From positions 1,375,010-1,439,009 of the forward strand of contig CBDCTC010000006.1 in NCBI GenBank assembly GCA_965222125.1: 64,000 bases of DNA, read 5' to 3'. Position numbers and translations under genes: made by a program. Numbering within the stretch: the first letter of the stretch is position 1; each line of letters begins with the position of its first letter. Shown piece after piece: positions 38,543 to 51,978 of this stretch. The notes under the pieces were generated by a model that worked only from the letters and a program-made list of their open reading frames with translations, did no database searches and was not told the origin of the DNA. Origin of the DNA: Dehalococcoidia bacterium. GTDB taxonomy: Bacteria > Chloroflexota > Dehalococcoidia > Lucifugimonadales > CAZENU01.

Positions 38543-38889
38543 TACTCCGTCCCGCGCGGCCGCTCGACGATCCCGGCGCGGCGGACCAGCCTGGTCACCG
38601 ACCGGTCGACGGCATGGAAGTCCGCTCCGGCGGTGTCGTTGCGGGCTATGAAGACGAGGTCCCAGCCCTCCCGGACGGGGATGCGCCGCACGGACTCGCG
38701 CAACAGGCGCTTCACCCGGTTGCGGACGACCGCGTTGCCGACACGTTTGCTGACGGAGTAGCCGACGCGGCTCACGGGCAGGCCGTTTGGCCTGGCTACG
38801 AGTACGAGGAGGGGGTCCGACCAGGGGCGCCCTTCACGCCGGGCAGCGGCAAAGTCGGCCTGCCTGATGAGGCGCTGAGCATGAGCCAT
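38542..38889 (-). CDS. rnpA: ribonuclease P protein component
   Basis: 115 aa and basic, positioned between rpmH and yidD. Contains a [20 protein letters not shown] (RNR) motif. Confidence 0.85.
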   Translation of the reverse strand: MAHAQRLIRQADFAAARREGRPWSDPLLVLVARPNGLPVSRVGYSVSKRVGNAVVRNRVKRLLRESVRRIPVREGWDLVFIARNDTAGADFHAVDRSVTRLVRRAGIVERPRGTE

Positions 38890-38920
38890 CGGGCGCGGGC
38901 CTTCTCGGTTTGCCCGCGGG

Positions 38921-39058
38921 CTAGACGGTCAGCCGATGCCGCCCCTTGAATATGCGGCGCTTTATGACGGAGCGCCCGCTGCGGGTCTGCATACGAGATC
39001 GAAAGCCGTGGACACGGCTCCGCCTGCGCTTCTTGGGCTGGTATGTTCTCTTAGGCAC
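38921..39058 (-). CDS. rpmH: 50S ribosomal protein L34
   Basis: My translation with a GTG start gives [45 protein letters not shown] (45 aa). It is too short for the ORF track. A GAGG lies 5 nt upstream. Confidence 0.9.
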   Translation of the reverse strand: MPKRTYQPKKRRRSRVHGFRSRMQTRSGRSVIKRRIFKGRHRLTV

Positions 39059-39077
39059 GTCAACCTCACCGCGATCA

Positions 39078-39107
39078 ATTATACCCAGCGGCCCGCCGGG
39101 CCGTCAA
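39078..39107 (-). promoter_or_regulatory. putative sigma70-type promoter of rpmH-rnpA-yidD
   Basis: On the minus strand: TTGACG (39102-39107), 18-nt spacer, TATAAT (39078-39083), about 20 nt upstream of the rpmH GTG. Confidence 0.55.
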
Positions 39108-39206
39108 AAGGAGCCTATCGGCCAATTGGCATTATGCGGTCCCGCGATGGTTGCGAGGGAAGGGGTTTTCCGTTCGCGAAATGGCGGATTTGGGATAGCG
39201 GCAGGG

Positions 39207-39638
39207 CTACGGGGCCAGGGCGGTCAGTGGACCGACGGGCATGTTTCTGAGCGCCCAGAACAAGAGGATAGCCGCCAGTAGGGCCCAGATCCACCGGGAG
39301 TGGAGGAAGAGCGGGCGTGGCGCCGGCAGATCGAAGGCTCGCAGCGCCCCCGCCGCAAACGAGTAGGCGATGAAGGGCAACGAGAGCACCGTGAGCGGGT
39401 TGTAGCCGAGCGCGCCCGAGACATCCCCGAACATCAGCCGTTGCAGTGCGCGCAGCGTGCCGCAGCCGGGGCAGTAGCACCCGGTCAGACCCAGGAACGG
39501 GCATATGGGGTAGCTGCCAGGGTTCCGGGGATCGACGGCGTACAGCACGGCAAGACCCGCGAAGCCCAAGAGAGCCAAGCCCACGTACGTGACTCGCGGC
39601 GATATCGCCCGGTCCAGCGCCATCAGAGCTACAGCCAC
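39207..39638 (-). CDS. DUF2752 domain membrane protein
   Basis: CPFLGLTGCYCPGCGTLRAL is the signature of this family. The protein has multiple TM segments. Confidence 0.7.
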   Translation of the reverse strand: MAVALMALDRAISPRVTYVGLALLGFAGLAVLYAVDPRNPGSYPICPFLGLTGCYCPGCGTLRALQRLMFGDVSGALGYNPLTVLSLPFIAYSFAAGALRAFDLPAPRPLFLHSRWIWALLAAILLFWALRNMPVGPLTALAP

Positions 39639-39645
39639 CGCCGGT

Positions 39646-40011
39646 TCACCATGAGGGGACGACGAACGCCAGCAGTAGCGCGATCGGCGCCAGCCCCGTT
39701 CCGAACGATATCCACGCCCACATCTTGGCGCTGGCGGAGAACCGCCGAGCGCCCTCGATGTCTCCGGCCTCTACCTTCCCGTTGACCTGAGCCGCGTGGA
39801 CGATGGACACGATCCCGAAGGGCAGGCAGCAGAGGACCGTCACAAGTATGGCCTGCACCAGGTAGTTCTCGACGTGCGGAGGCGGCTCGGCAGCCGGAGC
39901 TTCTGCTTCCGGCGGAGGGTCGGCCAGAGCTCTGCCGCAGCTCTTGCAGAACCGAGCGCCATCCTCGCGCTCCGCACCGCAGCTTCCGCAGTATATTCGG
40001 TCTCCGGTCAG
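39646..40011 (-). CDS. zinc-ribbon plus CD225/dispanin family membrane protein, with an apparent CTG start
   Basis: The CD225 core is QAILVTVLCCLPFGIVSIVHAAQV. The same frame upstream encodes (M)TGDRIYCGSCGAEREDGARFCKSCG (CxxC-N10-CxxC) with no ATG/GTG/TTG. CTG at 40011 lies 6 nt after a GGAG and directly follows the TAA of the upstream GNAT gene. The track start is GTG at 39858. Confidence 0.6.
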   Translation of the reverse strand: MTGDRIYCGSCGAEREDGARFCKSCGRALADPPPEAEAPAAEPPPHVENYLVQAILVTVLCCLPFGIVSIVHAAQVNGKVEAGDIEGARRFSASAKMWAWISFGTGLAPIALLLAFVVPSW

Positions 40012-40014
40012 TGG

Positions 40015-40611
40015 TTACTCCGGTCTGTGGCCGTTGCTGCTCTCCCAGTCGGCGCGACGGATGTCCATCAGCAGGAAGTCCAGCCCGCTGCGCCTGACCT
40101 TCTTGACCTCGCGGAAGCCGGATTTGGCGAAGGCCCGCTGCGCGCGGACGTTCCAGACCAGCGTATGCAGATAGACTCTGTCGAGGGTGGTCGTGGTGAA
40201 GATGTGGTCCACAAGGGCGTTGACCGAGTCGGTGCCGTAGCCCAAACCCCAGTAGTCGCGCTTGCCTATCATTATCCCGAGCTCGGCCTCGCCGCGCCGG
40301 AGGTCTATGTCGTAGTACATGCAGTTGCCGATGTGCAGGCCGTCGACCGTGTCGATAGCCAGCCGCTTCGACGCCGGGCTGTGGGAGAGAATCTCCTCGC
40401 GGGAGAACCGGTCGAACTCCGAGAAGGACATCCGGAGCGGTTGGGTGGCGTCGAGGCGTGACAACTCCTCGTCGGTGCGCCAGGCGTAGTCGTCGGCTAC
40501 GTCCTCAATCCGCTTCTCGCGGATGACGACCTTGCAGCCTCTGATCTCGATCCTGGAAGCCCCCGCAGCGTCGCGCCTATTGCGCAGCCACGGCAGTGCT
40601 TTTTTCAACAA
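40015..40611 (-). CDS. GNAT family N-acetyltransferase (RimJ/RimL-like)
   Basis: Contains IGKRDYWGLGYGTDSVNALVDHIFTTTTLDRVYLHTLVWNVRAQRAFAKSGFRE (acetyl-CoA binding region). Confidence 0.8.
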   Translation of the reverse strand: MLKKALPWLRNRRDAAGASRIEIRGCKVVIREKRIEDVADDYAWRTDEELSRLDATQPLRMSFSEFDRFSREEILSHSPASKRLAIDTVDGLHIGNCMYYDIDLRRGEAELGIMIGKRDYWGLGYGTDSVNALVDHIFTTTTLDRVYLHTLVWNVRAQRAFAKSGFREVKKVRRSGLDFLLMDIRRADWESSNGHRPE

Positions 40612-41014
40612 TCCTGGCCTCGTTCGGGTAGGTCATGGCCTCTATCGCCTGAGGCAGAGGAAACCACTCGACGAAATCGAACTCGTCGTCGTGGCGCGAC
40701 GAGTCGCCTCCGGTGGGCGCCATCAGGTAGTAGTGGACCGTCTTATGGCATCGCGCTCCGTCCGAGGATCGCAGGAACCAGTACTGGATGCTGTCGAGCT
40801 GCCGGACTATCTGCACGTCGAGTCCGGTCTCCTCCCGCACCTCGCGGAGCGCCGTCTGCTCACGAGTCTCACCCGGGTCGGGCGTACCCTTGGGCAGCGC
40901 CCACCTGACCGGGTCGCTGCGGCCGCAGAGGACGACCTCGTTGCCGTCGCGGCCCTTCCTGAGTACCACGCCGCCGGCCGAAACCAGCTCGACGGCGCGC
41001 CCATTGCTTACCAT
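40577..41014 (-). CDS. NUDIX hydrolase
   Basis: Contains the Nudix box ALPKGTPDPGETREQTALREVREETGL. Confidence 0.85.
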   Translation of the reverse strand: MVSNGRAVELVSAGGVVLRKGRDGNEVVLCGRSDPVRWALPKGTPDPGETREQTALREVREETGLDVQIVRQLDSIQYWFLRSSDGARCHKTVHYYLMAPTGGDSSRHDDEFDFVEWFPLPQAIEAMTYPNEARIVEKSTAVAAQ

Positions 41015-41076
41015 TGGGCCATTCTATGGCTCACCCCAGGTAGCGTCAAGACTGGACAGATACGAACGAAAAGGGG

Positions 41077-41106
41077 TTGACGGCCGGGGTCGGACTTTGC
41101 TACGCT
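41077..41106 (+). promoter_or_regulatory. putative promoter upstream of rpoB
   Basis: TTGACG (41077-41082), 18-nt spacer, TACGCT (41101-41106), about 135 nt upstream of the rpoB ATG. Confidence 0.35.
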
Positions 41107-41240
41107 GGCGTTTGTTGGATTATGTCCACAACCTCCCCCACGTTTTCTGTACCCTGCTATAGATGTGTCATTTTCGATCCCGTCCGCGGGCTCTCTCCCT
41201 CGCGTTCTAACAGACATCAGTTTTCAGGAGTGAGGAACGT

Positions 41241-45020
<3,780 letters not shown>

Positions 45021-45100
45021 TCCCGCGTCCGCGCGCCGTTCTGACTTCGCCGTACCGATAGCCCAAAGAGACGGCTTGGTAGTTATCTCAGGAGACGAAT

Positions 45101-49333
<4,233 letters not shown>

Positions 49334-49381
49334 GCTCGACAGAGTCCACACAGCGTGGTCTATGCATGCGCCCTTCGATGC

Positions 49382-49402
49382 GCGCCGGTGAAGCACCGGC
49401 GC
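49382..49402 (+). terminator. GC-rich hairpin downstream of rpoC (possible terminator, no U-tract)
   Basis: GCGCCGGTG-aag-CACCGGCGC is a perfect 9-bp stem, 49 nt after the rpoC stop. Confidence 0.35.
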
Positions 49403-49464
49403 CACTCGTGGTGATCGGGTTATGTGGGCCACTCCGGTCTGAACAGTTACGCGCGCCGGCTTTG

Positions 49465-49494
49465 TTGACCGGCTCGCAGGCGCCTTGCTAAACT
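49465..49494 (+). promoter_or_regulatory. putative promoter of tRNA-Val (and possibly the downstream operon)
   Basis: TTGACC (49465-49470), 18-nt spacer, TAAACT (49489-49494). It is preceded by the 12-mer CTGAACAGTTAC at 49439-49450. Confidence 0.45.
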
Positions 49495-49530
49495 TCAATC
49501 TGGTCGAAAGGGCGGCACAAGTAGGACGGC

Positions 49531-49607
49531 GGGCGGTTAGCTCAGTGGTTTAGAGCGCTGCGTTGACATCGCAGAGGTCATTGGTTCAAATCCATTACCG
49601 CCCACCA
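49531..49607 (+). tRNA. tRNA-Val (anticodon GAC), CCA encoded
   Basis: Manual cloverleaf: acceptor GGGCGGT/ACCGCCC, anticodon stem CTGCG/CGCAG with loop TTGACAT, and a T-loop TTCAAAT. Confidence 0.9.
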
Positions 49608-49627
49608 GAACGCTCGCACGAACGAGG

Positions 49628-49981
49628 TGGCATATCCATACCGCAGCGGACGTCCGTCAGCCCTCGCTGAGCGAGATACGCGCTCTCATAGCCGAGGCAC
49701 TTCCGGAGGACGCGGCCCTGAGGCCGCTCGCGGGGTTCAAGCTGGACCTAACGGCCAATCCGGACTTTCGGAAGGTCTTCTTCGCGGCCCGGTGCGACTG
49801 CGGCACGGCGGGCCTGCTGAGCGTCGAGGTGGCGCCGGACAAGACTGTGGAGGAGCTGAGGCAGGCGGTGCCGGAGCTGGCGCGGAGACTGCTGCTCCAG
49901 TCCGAGTCGTTCCACGCGATGCCGTGCGAGATGCACGCCATGATGCGAATGGGACCGGCGGGAAAGGCGGGGGAGGCATAG
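49628..49981 (+). CDS. hypothetical protein, first gene of the putative selenoprotein operon; start codon unresolved
   Basis: The frame with strong GC3 bias (not the track frame 49627) reads ...DVRQPSLSEIRALIAEALPEDAALRPLAGFKLDLTANPDFRKVFFAARCDCGTAGLLSVEVAPDKTVEELRQAVPELARRLLLQSESFHAMPCEMHAMMRMGPAGKAGEA and ends in TAG directly abutting the next ATG. There is no ATG/GTG/TTG before GTG at 49829; candidate starts are CTG at 49667 and ATC at 49634. Confidence 0.4.
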   Translation, partial: WHIHTAADVRQPSLSEIRALIAEALPEDAALRPLAGFKLDLTANPDFRKVFFAARCDCGTAGLLSVEVAPDKTVEELRQAVPELARRLLLQSESFHAMPCEMHAMMRMGPAGKAGEA

Positions 49982-50449
49982 ATGCGACGTGAGCTGAGCG
50001 AGTCCGAGGCATTCGACAGGGCGAAGGCGTTCTCGGAGAGATACGTCCAGCGCGGGCCGTACGAGTTCTTCCCGGACGCCGAGGTCGTCCGCATCGTCCA
50101 GGAAGGGCTCGGGGAAAACGAGCGTGTCCAGGGCTATCGGTACTGCCCTTGAATGCCTCTGAGCGGCGATCCCGTGGAGGATCGCAAGAAGATATGCCCG
50201 TGCGAACGACATCACGAGGACATCGAGCGAGACGGGTTCTGCATATGAATGTTCTTCGTTAGCGAAGAGTTTCTTCGCAAGTACGAAGAGGAAGAGGGCG
50301 AGGTCGAGCAGACGATAGGCGATGCGGTGCAGGTCGGCGAGGGGCTGTTCGAGAACACGGGCGGCAAACGCGAGTACAATAGAGAGAGAAGAAAGGCGCC
50401 GGCGGACCAGGCCGAATCGAAGCGGGCGCCGGAGAGCGAATCCGAGTGA
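49982..50449 (+). CDS. ferredoxin:thioredoxin reductase catalytic-subunit (FTRc) homolog with two in-frame TGA codons (putative selenocysteines)
   Basis: MRRELSESEAFDRAKAFSERYVQRGPYEFFPDAEVVRIVQEGLGENERVQGYRYCP[TGA 50150]MPLSGDPVEDRKKICPCERHHEDIERDGFCI[TGA 50246]MFFVSEEF... aligns with the FTRc pattern FSEQYA...CPC-Xn-CPC-Xn-CHC-MLF. An SD (GGGGGAGG) precedes the ATG. The ORF track shows it as fragments (50249..50449). Confidence 0.7.
50166..50185 (+). promoter_or_regulatory. SECIS-like hairpin 1
   Basis: GCGATCC-cgugga-GGATCGC is a perfect 7-bp stem that starts 13 nt after the TGA at 50150-50152. Confidence 0.5.
50262..50278 (+). promoter_or_regulatory. SECIS-like hairpin 2
   Basis: GCGAAGA-guu-TCTTCGC is a perfect 7-bp stem that starts 13 nt after the TGA at 50246-50248. 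A mutually exclusive alternative hairpin lies at 50251-50270. Confidence 0.5.
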
Positions 50450-50691
50450 GCAGCGAAATACTGGTATTCACGTCGAACGGCTGAGGGCCCTGCCACATGG
50501 TGAAAGTGTATCTTTCACGAAAGGGCGTGCCGTTCACTGAGCACAACATATCGAAGAGCGTCGACTCCCTGAAGAGCCTGGTCAACATGGGGTACAGGAC
50601 GACGCCCGTGACCGTGATCGGAGGCGAGACGGTCGTGGGCTACAGCCCGGCGAAGCTCGACGCCGCCTTGGAGGTCGCTCAGCCAGGCTAG
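50446..50691 (+). CDS. glutaredoxin/NrdH-like thioredoxin-fold protein with a [TGA]-G-P-C redox motif (putative selenoprotein)
   Basis: The GTG at 50446 overlaps the upstream TGA stop (GTGA). The product reads MSSEILVFTSNG[TGA 50482]GPCHMVKVYLSRKGVPFTEHNISKSVDSLKSLVNMGYRTTPVTVIGGETVVGYSPAKLDAAL. It has the Grx fold pattern (beta1, CxxC position, cis-Pro TP, GG). The track shows only 50497..50691. Confidence 0.7.
50500..50518 (+). promoter_or_regulatory. SECIS-like hairpin 3
   Basis: GTGAAAG-uguau-CTTTCAC is a perfect 7-bp stem that starts 15 nt after the TGA at 50482-50484. Confidence 0.5.
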
Positions 50692-50817
50692 CGGTCCGCG
50701 TCCGGGCGCGGGCCCGAAGAGCGGCAGACGCCAACATCCCACAGCATACAAATCCCCCCAACGCCTCCCCGGCGACCAGGCGAATAGCCCGGTCGGCCAG
50801 GAACAGGCACACAGCGC

Positions 50818-50894
50818 GGCCCCGTGGTGTAGCGGCTTAACACACTGCCCTGTCAAGGCAGAGATCGCCGGTTCGAATCCGGTCGGGGTCGCCA
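50818..50894 (+). tRNA. tRNA-Asp (anticodon GTC), CCA encoded
   Basis: Manual cloverleaf: acceptor GGCCCCG/CGGGGTC, anticodon stem CTGCC/GGCAG with loop CTGTCAA, and T-arm GCCGG-TTCGAAT-CCGGT. Confidence 0.9.
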
Positions 50895-51032
50895 GCCGCT
50901 TCAGTAGACAGAACCGATGCCCGTTCGGTCGTAAGCCCCTTCCGGTGGCACCGGTACGCTGTAGGTGAGGACTACCTCATCCTCGAGTACCTTGACCTTC
51001 CAAGATAGACACGCTGCTGGCGGAGCTGGGGT

Positions 51033-51230
51033 ATGCTAAAGGTTAGGGACGCGATCCGTCTCATAGAGCGTGACTGCTGGCGGCTGGCCCGTACACGCGG
51101 AAGCCACCGAGTGTTCAAGCACCCCGATAAGCGGGGGATAGTCGTCGTCGCCGGCAAACCTGGCGTCGATATGCCTCAGGGGACGTGGCCCAATGTCTTG
51201 AAGCAGGCGGGCCTAAGGGAACGGGGCTGA
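51033..51230 (+). CDS. hicA: HicA family toxin (mRNA interferase)
   Basis: 65 aa. MLKVRDAIRLIERDCWRLARTRGSHRVFKHPDKRGIVVVAGKPGVDMPQGTWPNVLKQAGL shows the YcfA/HicA pattern with the catalytic GSH. Confidence 0.85.
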   Translation: MLKVRDAIRLIERDCWRLARTRGSHRVFKHPDKRGIVVVAGKPGVDMPQGTWPNVLKQAGLRERG

Positions 51231-51232
51231 TC

Positions 51233-51361
51233 TTGAAGTACGCTGTAGTCATCGAGAAGGGACCAACTAGCTATGGAGCCCACGTGCCGGACCTGCCAGG
51301 GTGTGTAGCCGCTGCGGAAACCAGTTGCTGTCGGCAGTTGGCTTGGCTGCCGTCGGGATGA
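51233..51361 (+). pseudogene. hicB: hicB antitoxin, truncated after about 30 homologous codons
   Basis: The TTG start lies 2 nt after the hicA stop. MKYAVVIEKGPTSYGAHVPDLPGCVAAAET is typical of the HicB N-terminus, but it is followed by the unrelated SCCRQLAWLPSG and a stop. No DNA-binding domain is present. Confidence 0.65.
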
Positions 51362-51667
51362 CGCTGGCGATGTCGACGTCATGCGCGACATCGGGGCCTG
51401 ACCACCCCACGCCCCTACCCACAGACATGATCTCCGTCGCCCAGCTCAGCTAGTACAACCAAGCTCACAGTCGGCGCGCCAGGTGCTGGAGCCGTTGAGT
51501 ACCCAGTGACCGCGAAGACCCGCTGGGCCGCCGGGGCGGACGTCGTTACCGACTGAGCGTTGCGCTCCGGGCTCCGCCCTATGTCGAGCGGAAGGCCGCA
51601 GGCTGATACGCGCCAAATGCGGCAAGCGGTATGATCTCATGTATCAGCCATCCATACCGGTGAAATC

Positions 51668-51886
51668 ATGCGAATATCCGAGCGAGGCCAGATCACCATC
51701 CCCAAGGCGCTGCGGGAGCGCTTCGGGCTGCATCGCGACGTCGAGGTCGATATCAGCCCAACCGAGCAGGGCCTGCTCATTCGGAAGCGTGCGGCCGCGC
51801 TCCATCCCGTGGACCGGGTCGCCGGGATTCTGGATGGCGTCGACTTCGACATCGACGAATATATCGAGGAAATCAGGGGAAGGTGA
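51668..51886 (+). CDS. AbrB/SpoVT-domain antitoxin (VapB/MazE-like)
   Basis: MRISERGQITIPKALRERFGLHRDVEVDISPTEQGLLIRK. It is followed by GTG ATC ACC GCG GTC GAC ACG (VITAVDT, a typical PIN-toxin start), which immediately runs into a thiD tail. Confidence 0.75.
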   Translation: MRISERGQITIPKALRERFGLHRDVEVDISPTEQGLLIRKRAAALHPVDRVAGILDGVDFDIDEYIEEIRGR

Positions 51887-51978
51887 TCACCGCGGTCGAC
51901 ACGGAGGCCATCTGTTTCGCTCCCACCATCGGAAAGGGCGGCTGAGTCCCCGATATCCACCTGCAAGGGAGAACCGAC

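Noticed and set aside
49627-49992. The track ORF (GTG at 49627, 121 aa, Gly/Arg-rich) as the real first gene after tRNA-Val.
   Set aside because: The +1 frame (49628-49981) has the strong third-position GC bias seen in real genes here, and it ends in TAG directly abutting the next ATG. The track frame reads like an out-of-frame shadow.
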